NCBI GenBank assembly: GCA_910592345.1
Contig: CAJVPI010000380.1
Coordinates: forward strand, 1 to 32,234
DNA: 32,234 bases
Source: Paraglomus brasilianum
Lineage: Eukaryota
Direction of reading: 5' to 3'
The notes under the pieces are model-generated. The model did no database searches. It was not told the DNA's origin and saw nothing but the letters and a program-made list of their open reading frames with translations. Within the stretch, counting starts at the first letter, position 1; every line of letters begins with the position of its first letter. The position numbers and the translations under genes are program-made. Shown here piece by piece: positions 15,200-27,780 of the stretch.

Positions 15200-17732
15200 T
15201 GGTAAATGTCTCTGTTGTACATAAGCATCACCCCATCTTATATTGAGCGAAGATTTGTGGATAACATGTCTCGTGACAACTTATCCAGAACCTTCGAAAA
15301 AGTTCTTGAATGCTCATGGAAAATAGCCATATTAATATATCATATAACGCCACATAAACGTTCAGGGGTCATAATTGGTCACGCCACAGTTAAAGTATTT
15401 GTGTAATAATAATAAGCACTGCGAATGTTAGGTTTACCCCATTTCTTGGAGACAGCCAATGACAACCTACATCAATTAAAAACTTCAACATAATTTCTTC
15501 ATTATAAACAGAATAATTCGGTGCCTCCACTCGACTCATCTTCAATCGAGATACACTTCACAGTGAACAACTATCTTGTGGATAACAACATCTAAACCTA
15601 ACCTATTCCAGACTTTAGATACGAAATCACTAGGTACAATGGAAGACTCAGGAACTCATCGAATCAATCCCAAATGACTACCCGCCAAGAAACTTTCAGT
15701 ACCTGGACGGACAACGACATTTTATTGTCCGAAGGAAAGAAGACGGATACCCCGTGGCAATCTTTGATAGTGAACGAGTCAGAGAACACATCGAACGAGA
15801 CCCTCACGGTTGGGAATTGGAAGGAATGGAAGCAAACATGGCAATTGACAAGTGGAACGCCATTAACAGAAACGGGCCAAAGGACTACTGGCTACATCAA
15901 TCTTAAACAGAACAAAAGACAGCGCTGAGCTGAAGTTTGACAATTGGCTGAGTATTATATACTTGCCTGTCAAAGAAAATATAAACCAACCAGTTGATTC
16001 AGCACTGGCAGAAGTTAGGCAAGCTTACGACGTATCGTTAAACGAGGCCATCGTCGTAATAACCAGTTGAAGAAATCGGCCGCAAAGTTGCGCTGGCTTT
16101 GAAAAAATTGGACAAGCAATATGTCCCTTTCATAAAATCAAACCATACCCTGCGTTTGCTTGATTTGAGATTTGTGACGGAAGGTAAGTAGATGCTTTAT
16201 TAATTACGATGAATGTTAGTGTGGTATTGTCAAACGGTGGTAATTATGGCATAGGCCTATTACTATGTCTGCGATGGGTCATTCTATGGGAATGCTTGTC
16301 AGCTCTATACGGATTAGTGCATTTGGCCGTATTGGGCGTTGGTTCTAGGTGCCCAAGTTCTAAGTACTGGCTTAGTATTCGAAAAATGAGACGAAAGATT
16401 GACTGAATGCAGAATATTATTTATATATGCAGTTGATCGATTCTTATATTAAGAATATGTTTCTAATATTGTTTTAAATTATTAAGATTGTAGAAAAGCT
16501 CTATAAACAATGCGCCGTCGGGAGATGACAGAAAGGCATTAATCGCAATTGTCGCCGTCTTCTCCACATTAGAACCAAAGCTCAGCCCTATGTTGCCTGC
16601 TGCATCAGGCGTCATTGACTTAACGGACAAGGATTGTGTGTAAGGGCGTTGGTAAGACGTCTGCAGAAATATTGGTTGGTAGATGTTTCACCTGTCAGTG
16701 CAGGGTTGTGGAACTGTTTCTATTATTATTTCTAAATATGCTGACTCTGAGTTTTATCATTTTAGTATTAATATCATTATTATTAATAAAATCCATACAG
16801 ACCCAACAGCAGATTACAGCGAGGGGAGTTATGTAAATATACCATTGTTCATTTTAGTACTCATGTAAGAGTCTTGATTTGTTTTTCTAAAATTCTATTG
16901 GCTGCCGATAAATGTGATTCCAGATTAACGCATTAGATAAATACTGTATAGTAAGCAAGAACTTCGAATTAACATTAAAATTCGATTGTGATTACAGGCA
17001 ACTTTTTTATGTCTCCCGCTGGAGTAATAAGTTTCAATAATATTGACGGTGAAGAGTACGAAGAAGTCGGAGATGATAATATTTGGGAATTTCTGTCATA
17101 AAAGTTGTGCATCTTATAGCGTTAAATTTTAATTCGCAGTTTTTATTGGCAAGTTAGAAGTCACAGGTGCCCATAGCTTATACCCGGGTATAAATCAAAA
17201 TTTGGCGTTCAAAAAATTGCCGTGCACGGGTATACATGCCAGAAATACCTTAATTAGACACGTCGAAATTTATAATTAATACACTCTCCGACTAAGGATT
17301 ATTATTAGTTGTTCTAATAATAGTTCTATTCCTGTGCGCCGTGTCTATTGCTTAGAAAGCTAAATTAAGCCGGATAGTCCAGTTTACGGAAGTTAGATTA
17401 ATATCTAGCTATAGTTAAGCGGACGCTGGTGCATCAGACAAAGACAGGAATACACGTAGTTCGATTATCGGTGCAATGTTTTTTACCGATTATTTAGTTA
17501 TAACGGCTACGCTTAATTGACGCGAGCGTGAAGCAAGACCACGTTTAGAGCTAAATTACCAATTTATCTTTCTTTATTATTATTATTATTATTTATATTT
17601 AATATTCATTAAAATAATTCCGCAACAATGTACCAAAATATTATAATTATTTATTCATATTCAGGAAAATAGGTTTGATATGAACTTTTCTCTAAAACTT
17701 ATATGCTCAACGTCTAATACATTCAATACTCC

Positions 17733-19331
17733 TCAATTGATTGACACTTCAGCTATTAAACACAAGTGATCCGAATTAAATTTGTAATTGGGTATTGAGG
17801 GCAGTATATCCATTTCTCTTGGCATTTTCAACAATTTTACTACTTGCATTTCCTCACTTGTTTCCCTTTCTATGTTATCTCTATTGTTGCTTTTTCCTGA
17901 ATAAAAAATATAGTCCAGAGTGCCTTTGTAATACTCCCCATAATTTGTAAACTTGGGTTCTAATCTGTCAGTATTTGCTGGATCAATGCTTATATAGTGT
18001 TGAGCATAGAGCGAGACACATTTAGGAAGAGTCTTAAATGCAGATATTATTGTTGATACTGATTTCAGTTCCGTGTGAGATGCATTGGATGATGATATGA
18101 GTGAGGTTGAATCGGGAGGAGGATCCTCATCCTTATTGCTACCAAATGGTTTCATTGAGTTTTGAAGAATATCTATATGATCTTGGTTTAGCGAGCCTCC
18201 TGTTAAGAGTGCATAACTTGGATCTCCTGGAGCTGAATTAAAGTCTACATATTGAATATTATTTAAGTACAAGCCAAGTACAAACTATGGTAAACATTTG
18301 AACTTGGGCAACAAACCTCCAGCCAGAAATGCATGAAACTTGAATTCCTTGTTTATGTAATCGAGTCTGTCAACAAGTATTAGACATTGTCTTGACCGTT
18401 CATACATACTTTGTGGTCTCCAATATAGATGTGTTGTCCCTATGACAATACCATCTACAGTTGCTTTATTAGACGATTTGAATTCAAATGCCACAATGAG
18501 TCCCACACATTCAGTGGGCATTGTTGGCACTTCAATTTGGTCATATAAAATTAAATCTTCTTTGACCTTCGTAAATTTGCTTATTCTCCAAATGATACAA
18601 CAGCCTAAATGACAAAAGTCAATGCAAAATGTATATGTAATGAAACTATTACGTTAACGCCATTCTTTAGAAAATCAACAAAGCTTAATTACCGTGCCTT
18701 TTTTTTGTGCTTTTGACATAAACACACCCATACCCCGCTTTCTCAAATTCTGGTTTAAAAGTGTCAACGTACGTATTCTCATCCATCTCTTGAAAGCATC
18801 CGATATCAGGCGAATAATAAAGTATTTCTTTCAATAGACCCGGACGACGATTTTTCCATTTCAGTGCGTCGCCGCATTGAGGAAAGAGTTCCCGACGGCA
18901 AAGGGATTGAGCTAGCATCTATTATAGTATGAATTTGGGTAATTAGTAAGACCAAATACCAATTGTCCTTACAGAAGGGATAAATGAGTCTCGAATTGAA
19001 CCGTTTTATTTGCACCTACATTATAAGTCATAATCTTGACTCTTTCCCCTTTAATATCCGTCAATTCCTCTACAACATTGACCATGGGCCTCAAAACGGG
19101 TTTTATACCATTCTCCTTTCTCTTCTCTTCCTCTTGCCGCTGTCTCTGTTGCAATAGTCTCTGCTCCTCTCTCCTTCTCTGCTTCTCTAGCCGGATCTTT
19201 TCAATGTCTTTCTTATCACGCCGCCCATCTTTCTTTGGTTTGTTTGCATGGGATTTTGAGGTAGTAGCTTCTTGAATATTGGATGTATTTGGTAAGTCTG
19301 TGAAAGATGAATTAGAAGTCGGAACATCCAT
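17733..19331 (-). CDS. CCR4/Ngl/Angel-family EEP RNA nuclease/phosphatase, multi-exon
   Basis: VKIMTYN|MLAQSLCRRELFP..ALKWKNRR..EILYYSPDIGCFQEMD, IGTTHLYWRP..ERSRQ, LAG|DFNS, FTNY..YKGTLDYIFY, PNYKFNSDHLCLIAE; no LRR, as in Ngl/Angel. Confidence 0.9.
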
Positions 19332-19473
19332 CAAGTACAATAAGATCCGCAATGTTTTTTTAATGTATTCGGCTGGTTCGTGATACGCAACACAAGTGAG
19401 GATAAATTCTTTACTGATTTTACTGCTATTGTGATCGCCCCTTGTTGACTATTCTCTTCTAATACTCCAGAGG
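19332..19473. promoter_or_regulatory. Probable compact bidirectional promoter
   Basis: Only 142 bp separate the divergent ATGs of the Ngl-like and F-box genes. Confidence 0.55.
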
Positions 19474-21609
19474 ATGGATCTTCCAATAGAGATTCTATTT
19501 CAGATATTTGCGCACGTATATCCTCCTAACGTAAAGAAGGAACGGAGTGTGATTCCTGTTCTGACGGCGAGAAAGAGACATGACGCACGAAGAGATGTTT
19601 TATCGTGCTCACTAGTTTGTAAATTCTGTAAGTTTAGTAGAAGAGTGCCAAAGACTGTAACTATTACTTACGTTCTTGTATAGTGTGCTAGGAGAAAGTG
19701 ATACGTACTTTGCATGCTCTGCAAGTGTTTGCCATTAATTTGATGTATTTATCTTAATCACATTATTCTTCTTGCCATTTGTACAGGGAACGCCGTGGCC
19801 AACTATATTTTATGGACCGAACCCGAATTCTATTCGACCAATTCCCTAATTCGCTTTATTTACGTACTGGGCAATACAACGTCTCGCGGGAATATAGTTA
19901 AATTACGCGACGGTTCGGAGAATGCATGGCAATCAATACTCGACTATAATGATAAACCAAGTCCAGACAATCGATTTTTAGTCCGTCGATTATCTTTTCG
20001 TCCCAAAGTAACAGATACGCAACCTTACTTTGACTGCCCATTGACCAAATATATCAACGACAATCATATTCACGTACTGGCTGAGCGTCTCCCATTTCTA
20101 ACCTCGATCTCTCTCCGCGACTGCACTTATGTGACTGATAACTCGGTCATTCACCTTGTGGCCGCATGCAGCGAGCATCTCCGTGACTTGGATTTAACCA
20201 ATTGTCTTCATATTACCGATGCTACCGTGCATGTTATATCGAGTGTTTGTGAGCGGTTGGAGCATTTATCTCTACGTGGATGTGGAAAGATAACTGACAA
20301 TGGAGCATCGAGGCTGAGAACATTATCGTTGAAAGCGATAGATTTGAGTTGGTGTAGGCGGGTGAGTGATGCATCGATTAGGCATTTAGTAACTGGGAGG
20401 AGAACATTGCAACCTGCATTGAGGCGGCAGGAGGATGACGGTGATGGTGAGGATGGAAACATTAGGGATGAAAAACGTTTGGATGGTGGGATATCGGGTA
20501 AAGTAAATAATGCTGTGTCTATTAGACATTTAGCAAATGGGAGAACGTTGCGGCAGCAGAAAGGAGAAGAAAATGAAAAATGTTTGGATGATGTGATGTT
20601 GAGTAAAGCGGGCGGAACAAGTAATAATGATATGGACAACACAAGTAAGAATAGACGATGTGAGTTGGTGGAATTGAGAGTTACTGGATGTCGTCGGGTG
20701 ACTAGAGAAGGTCTCGTTCGACTAGCAGAAGAGCTATTTATTCCCAGTCGTAATCCAGATAACAGAGTCATACAGCTGGAGACGTTTGAGTTTTCCTGTC
20801 CGACAACTAAAATATCAGGCAGTTTCAAAGACATAATTCGTATATTTGAGATACTCCCGCAGACATTGTCTCGTCTGCATATATATGATGCGCGCTACAT
20901 TCCCCATTACGCATTGCCTACCTTAGCAGGATCATGCCCACAGCTTAAATCATTGAAAATCATAGATTGTCCGGCTTTAAATGACGAAATGTTATCTTAC
21001 CTTTTGGTATCCATGACTGAACTGGAGACTTTGAGTTTAAACAAATGTCAGCATCTCACAGACGAAGCGGTATTGCACATTACCAATTCGAAATGCGCCT
21101 ATACTTTAATCAATCTGGACTTTTCCGATTGCTATAATTTGACGAATGCAGCTGTGGAAAGCATGATGGCAGTAGCAACAACATCGTTGATGATGGCATC
21201 GTCATCCCAGACTTCCGCTGAACAACCATTAAAAAAGTTTGCTCGTCTTTCTCGACTATACCTCCAAAACAACCAACGCATTACCATACACAGCATAATC
21301 CGTTTAGTCCGAGCACTTCCCAATCTAGAGGTTCTCGATATTTCCGGATGTGGCGACGGAATAACGGCCACATTCGCCGAAACCAACGCTCAAGGCAGCA
21401 TATTTGTCATGCCTGGTGAATGGCCGCGAGAAAATTTGAACGAGAACGATCGATTTGTGGATGAGAATCATGATATCAATTTATATCTACCTAGACGTAG
21501 AACGTGGTTCTGTTGTGTAAGCGGAGAGCGACTGGACAGATTGAGAAAGTGGATGCCAGTTGGAGTGCCGATTGAAATGGACGGAGAGCAGCTAGATGGA
21601 ATCGCATAA
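19474..21609 (+). CDS. F-box / cysteine-containing LRR (FBXL-like) protein, 2 exons
   Basis: F-box MDLPIEILFQIFAHV..DVLSCSLVCKF|WNAVANYILW with a GT-AG intron at ~19628-19786; LRR_CC repeats such as LRDLDLTNCLHITD, LEHLSLRGCGKITD and LETLSLNKCQHLTD. Confidence 0.9.
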
Positions 21610-23210
21610 TGTATAGGAATTGGAAGACTCGGATCGAAGTTTAAAAGCGCGACCATTTTTGCAGAATAAGTTCACTGTTAGTTTGTATAGGATTAAATAA
21701 AAGGACATATACTAAGTATGCTTTTCATACTATAATGAATTGAATCAAATAACTTTAATAATGTTATAAACATTAACGCAATCAAGTCGATTTCCTAGCA
21801 ACTATTCAAAAAAGTGATAAGCAGGTTTTTTTGTCCACAATCCTTAGAACTATCGTATTTCTTTTTAACTTTCGCACTCATTCAAAACGCTTATTTTCTT
21901 CTAAACGAAAGTAGTAATCACGTTGAAGTTGGTTTAGGACACTATAGATAGCATTCTTTGAACATCAGAATAACATTTCATTCAACTTTTTTTGTTTTGC
22001 TTCATCATGAACTTCACTTCTTATGGTAATAGCATAACCGTATTTAATGTTAAATGAAACATGCCGCAGAGCGTGAGCATTAAACAACTAATAAATTTAC
22101 TGTTATAAGCCACTTTATTAAAGACAAATTCGATTATACAGTCTACCTCAACAGCCCCTGATTTAAAAGAAAAAGGCATGATTACACTAACCGTAACCAA
22201 CAGTACAATAAGACTGCATAAAGATTTTTTGGCATCCGTCTTGCCAAGTTGCTCTTAATTATACTTGTTGACTGGCCAGATCATAACTTGAAGAAACACC
22301 GGAAACCATCACCATTTACGACACGGACGCTTGATCCCGTCCCTCGACTCGTTATCGGCCATGTGTTTCACGTCAATATATGCAGTTTTTTATAGCTTTG
22401 CGTCATCTGGTGACTGAATTTGAGCTAAACTAAGCGATCTTGGCATATACTTTGTTGGCATATACTTGGATTGTTGTCCCGTTGGAGCATCGAATTTCTC
22501 TTCCCCTAATAATTCAGAATGTTAACATCTTATGCTAGCAATTTACTTTCCAAAGTCCTGGTCTATATAAATTGTTTCTATGATATATTGAAGTAAATGT
22601 GTATTGTAGCTATCCCCTCCAGTACGGGCATCGGTACCATTTTCTTGGATTTTAATATTGTTTTGGTTTAACGCCGAGTTATTTATTTGAATCCAAGCCT
22701 TTCGAATTTTCAAAGTACCTAAGGTCTGTCAAGCTGCAAACAAGCTCGTAAATTTACAGGACGCGATTTTTGTTCCGAATTCCGGGTAATTCGTAAAAAA
22801 AAAAAATTAATATACAGTCTTGGGAAATATTATGGCGGTTTAACCCTTGTTTAGTACCAACTTATATTTTGAATATCGTATGCGCCTTTTTTCCCCTTAC
22901 TCTTAAATCTAACGTCTAAGGCGGCCACTTACGTGTTACCTATTACTGGAATATATGCGGCATTCGATACTCTGGTAGATAACCTGTGGTTAAGATAAAA
23001 TAAATAAAGCGTTTTATCGTTATAGCGCTAGCTTTGAGTCACGCTTTCGGAGCGGTTTCTCAGATATATTCCTGACGCTAGCAACTTGCCAATGAGGAGT
23101 TATATTAAACAACATACAGACCCTTATTAATTAAGAAAGGGCGATTATCAATTGGAAACGTTTCCGTAATTTTCGGCTTCACTCTCTGAATCAGTACAAT
23201 TTTACCGATA

Positions 23211-23252
23211 TATACCCAAGTGGCCGAAGGGGCAGTTTCGAAAACTGTAGAC
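23211..23252 (+). pseudogene. 5' half-fragment of a bacterial-style tRNA-Ser(CGA)
   Basis: TA-CCC-AAGTGGCCGAA-GGG D-arm followed by GCAGT-TT-CGA-AA-ACTGT anticodon arm; no acceptor stem, variable arm or T-arm. Confidence 0.5.
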
Positions 23253-24738
23253 GATTAATTATAGTATAGTTTTTTATTTATATAATGAATACATTACAAA
23301 ATACGCAACACTGAACGCGCATAATTAATCGCATTGCACTCGTTAAGTTCAATAGTTGATAATAAACACACACATATGAATTGGCAGAACGTAATCTATG
23401 AGATCAAGTTTTCTCCATTTTATTGCTACTGCCAGTTGTTTTAATTTCACAATTGCGCGCGAGTAAGGTAAAGGCAAGCTCAATAGATAAGTATTAAAGA
23501 TCGACTGAGTCCCTCCCTATAGATAATCGAGGTAACTAGAAACATCGCGTGAGCTGATAGACATCACGGACACTAACTGAGAGAGAATTACTTATTATTC
23601 TCAGTTGTATCGTATATCATTACTCTCCTGAATATACTGGCATGACAGCAGCAAAGTATTACTTCTTAGATATTGTCTTCGTATTGTCTTCGCTATCCGA
23701 TCGATAGCTAATCGACTCGACAAATTGTTTTCACAATTATAATAATACAGACTTTGCCCTAATATTGCATAGATTAAGAGCCACCTGTATTTGCAAAATT
23801 AATTCTATACGAAGGCTTGACCACTATTCTTATTTTATCTTGGAAACTTTTTATTAACATATTTTATTATGTGGGAGCCCCCGTCCAATAATTTTACAAA
23901 TGACGAATAAGTATTTTTGGGGGGTGAGATTCAAAGTCTAAGCGTCTGTTATTATTATTATTATTGCCAATTCAACCAAGTTTTTAACTCAAACGTTGTG
24001 ACACGTGATGGATTCAAAGCTGCTAGCATTCTCCGACAGTTAATATTCCGCCTTTGGCCAAAAACCTCTGAAACTTTTATTATAAAACGCAAAGCATGGA
24101 AATGAGACATGGCAATCGTCCACGGTTCCACAATGTCCTTAATTTCCTATGTTTATAATAAATCATTCTCTTGATTTCGTTCGTCCTTATTGCTTCACGA
24201 TTGTTAATTAGGGGTTGACAGCCACGGTCCCAAAAGATCGAGCCTTTCTAGTTGTGTTAGATATCACTACCTTCATTAATTAACATGGCGACTCTTCAAA
24301 GATACCCTTGATACTACATTTCAGGTAGGCCCCGGATTTACATTGTTGCCAGGCTGAAATGAACATATTCTTGAAAAAAGGATATTTCTACATTGGAATT
24401 GGAAAATTGTGTTGCTTAAAGTTATTGACGCCAATCGAACAATATGGAGCCAAGAATCTTATTATCCAAAATCGAAATATTAGTAATACCCCTGGAATTC
24501 GCTAGCGTTTGACCCTTGTATCATCGCTCAAGTAACACAAATAAGGCTTACCATATGTCAATCATATGCACTCCCAACTGACATGCGTGCGACACCTGCG
24601 AATCATTGAATTCCAAGTATTTGCACTTTCTGAACAACAAAACCTAAACTCAAGCGGAATCACATCTCTAGATCTTTTTACGCAACCAAACGAACGATAA
24701 ATAAATAAAGTCAGATAATAAACCATTGATTATTTAGA

Positions 24739-25871
24739 ATGTTCCTTATCAACTGGTTCTTTGATGTCTTGGCCTCTTTAGGTATGTTAGCAAGCGGGAA
24801 AACATAGTCGAACGCACGAGTAATCTACATTGAATTATTGACAAGTGTATTGAATTCTTGTGATGCACAACCATAGGTCTTGTGAACAAGAATGCAAAGA
24901 TCCTATTTTTAGGATTAGACAATGCAGGAAAGACGACTTTGTTGCACATGTTAAAGAACGACCGTCTGGCTACTTTGCAACCAACACTACATCCTAGTGA
25001 GTAAATTGTCAATTTATTATAGTTACGCGTGATTTGGTAAGAGTATGTGTAATATTGAATTCATGGGTAGGAGAGAAAATGAAAACCATCAAATAGACGT
25101 CGCACCATGTCGTCATATGTCTTAACCGACAAGCGAGATTAGTTGAAAAAAAGGGATTTTCATATGACTTATCGATCGCCTTTCTCCATTACAGCATCGG
25201 AAGAACTCTCTATAGGAAACGTACGTTTTACAACTTACGATCTCGGTGGACATCAACAAGGTAATCCAGAGAGCTGGAGACGAATCGATTGATTCAAATC
25301 GTCAGATGTCGAGCCTTTAAATCACTCTTTGCCCTGACTCTTTACATTATAACCATTTAGCTCGTCGTCTCTGGAAAGATTACTTCCCTGAAGTATCAGG
25401 GATCGTTTTTATGGTGGATACTCAAGATCACGACCGTTTTATAGAGGCTAAAACCGAATTGGATGCACTACTTTCCATTGAACAGCTTTCGGACGTTCCA
25501 TTTTTGATTTTGGGTAACAAAATTGATGCACCTGGGGCTGTATCCGAGGAAGAGTTAAGGCAGGCCTTAGGCTTATATCATACTACTGGACAGGTAAGAC
25601 ATTATGTTGAGTTGAGAGACGTATTGAATCTGATGTTATGATATCTTTAATATTATTTAATTTTAATTCGATGTTTAGGGTAAAGTGCCCTTAAAAGATA
25701 TTCGTCCGATTGAGGTGTTTATGTGCTCAGTGGTCATGAGACAAGGCTATGGGGAAGGTGAGACCTACGTTATCTACAGTAATGGCACATTATATGCTAT
25801 TTCTTATTTTGAATCGAATGCTAACGTTTATTATCAATGCAGGTTTTCGTTGGTTGTCACAGTATATGTAA
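24739..25871 (+). CDS. SAR1: COPII small GTPase Sar1; exons 24739-24781, 24877-24996, 25195-25260, 25361-25593, 25679-25757, 25843-25871
   Basis: [85 protein letters not shown]...GNKID...[27 protein letters not shown]. Confidence 0.98.
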
Positions 25872-26299
25872 TAGCGATTCCATTAATACCAAAGTTTACC
25901 AGATTAATCTTTATTCCGGATAAAATCATGGCGAAAAGTAACAAGGGTCAATTTGTGAAAGAAACTGAAGCGTTAGTATACAAAAATGCAGGTTTTGTGT
26001 TAAGATTATGTAATGAATGAAAGCAAAAATAAAAGAAAAAAATTGGAAAGATAAACAGTATATATATCAATGAACCGTATGGTAATAGTAATTGTGAACT
26101 AACCAATTATCAGTAACTTTTTGCAACCCGTCTTTGAATAGAATGCATATTACGATCACTTAATAATTATAGCAGGCTAGGCTTGTAAAACAAGCTGTTA
26201 GAATAATTTAATAAAGCTTAAGCATATCTCATATCAGTCTTTATATATATACTAGTTTAGCGCGATAAATGTTGGGTTCTTTTACATGACAATTAGTTT

Positions 26300-27150
26300 T
26301 ATAATCAGGGATAACATTTTCTCAGTAGTATTTGTGGCCGCTTTTTTATTTGTCAACCTATGAGAAACATATCCGCGTGTTTTTATCCTTTCTAGTTAGA
26401 GTAGGCTCTGTCTCAGTTTGGGGAAATTTACTAGAGGGGTTTCTCTGTCTTTGGCTATTATGACATCATAATTGTCTCGATAAGAGCTAATTAAAATTAG
26501 CCTTTCAATCAGGTTCTCATTCAAGGTTCGCAATAAATCTTCTGCAACAGAAGTGAGAGGAGCCTTAAATATTCCATAAAACCATAGTAAGTCTATCTGG
26601 AACTTTTGAATACTATATGAATGGCTTTTTTTTTTCTCCTCTCCTTTATCTAATGCATCAAGGGCATGTTCAAAAACAGATATTGCTGCATGGTTACTGC
26701 CGAAAGAACCCAGAATTAAAATCTAATACTAATACTAAGTGTTGAAAGCCTTTTCTTTTGTCATAATGTTGAGCATTGTTTAACCCAGCTGTATGTGGTC
26801 TTTTCACAATCTTAATAACAAATAATATGATCCATGCAATCTACTGTTGTTTTCCCTATAGTATATAGTAATAGTAATAATAATAGAGCCTTTTAATATA
26901 TTTGTTATTTGGGCAATATTATTATGTCTCTACTAGTTATAGTACTAGCACTAGTAGAGTGCATCAATTGTTTCAACTAAATTTATACAGAGATTACATT
27001 TCATCATTAAATGACCCACAGTCATTAATTTAATGAAATAATAATTCCCCATTTCCTAATATTCATGATCTTACTATAAGTATAAGAGCAGTTTACACTA
27101 CTTACACAACCTTCAGAAAAGTATCTGGCCAGCTAAAGAAAATTCTATTT
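26300..27150 (-). pseudogene. Highly decayed coding remnant, possibly a non-LTR retrotransposon endonuclease
   Basis: Stop-ridden fragments DCMDHIIC and GSNHAAISV loosely resemble EEP 'RIDY' and 'SDH' motifs; weak. Confidence 0.25.
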
Positions 27151-27182
27151 ATTTAAAAAAATTTAATACAAATACCATGCGT

Positions 27183-27780
27183 CTAGTTCCATTGAATACT
27201 GGATAGTCTGCGTTTTTCGCCATTGACACGTTTATTGGTTGATTCTGTTCTTCTGAGCTTTTGGAATCCGCGTCTGAGTCTGAATCGGCGTCTGATACGC
27301 GGGTGTGGCTGGAAATAAACAATGGAATGGCGACGGTTGATTTTGCTGTTGTTGAAATTCAAGTACTGTTTCAACTTCAGTTTCGTATCTATCTTTTTGT
27401 TCCTCTGTTAATTCGGCAATTTGCCCACTCGTGCCGTCGAAGTGCTGATGTACTATTGATTTGGCGAGAGTTCTGAAATCTGCGGGAATTATCTGTACTG
27501 CGATTTGGCCTGTCGTTATAAAACCCAAGATATTCGCTTTGGTTAAAGTCGGATATGGTGATGTTTGGATCGAATTTTGTGACTTCGTGGCGGAACTTCT
27601 GGTAAAAAATTTCTTGATTATATTCAGGCGGATCGCAAATAAGACAACTGTCGTCGTGGCATGGTACTAACTGTTCAGATGTTGGGTTCTGAGAAGGAAA
27701 TGGACGTGTCGGTGATAATTTGCGTCTTTTGATTAGGAGTTGTTGGGATGTATTTCTTGTCTCGGGTCTTCTGCGCTCAT
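27183..27780 (-). mobile_element. Frameshifted remnant resembling the N-terminal/gag-region ORF of a fungal Ty3/gypsy LTR element
   Basis: MNERRRPE...PCHDDSCLICDPPEY.. (Cx4Cx2CxP) continues after a frameshift into the 27528-27232 ORF; intronless; no pol domains seen. Confidence 0.4.

Noticed and set aside
16470..16690. Minus-strand protein-like stretch (QSLSVKSMTPDAAGNIGLSFGSNVEK..)
   Set aside because: No start or recognisable domain and not TPR-like; cannot be supported as a gene.
17177..17192. Palindrome TTATACCCGGGTATAA
   Set aside because: Isolated; no matching TIR pair or target-site duplication could be established.
20208..20834. 208-aa antisense ORF (and similar antisense ORFs over IleRS, STI1, SAR1)
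   Set aside because: Shadows of well-supported genes on the opposite strand, with no independent motifs.
22265..22345. Faint resemblance to a 5S rRNA 5' end (GGCCA..AAACACCGG..TCCCGTCC)
   Set aside because: Spacing is wrong, and there is no 3' half or internal control region.
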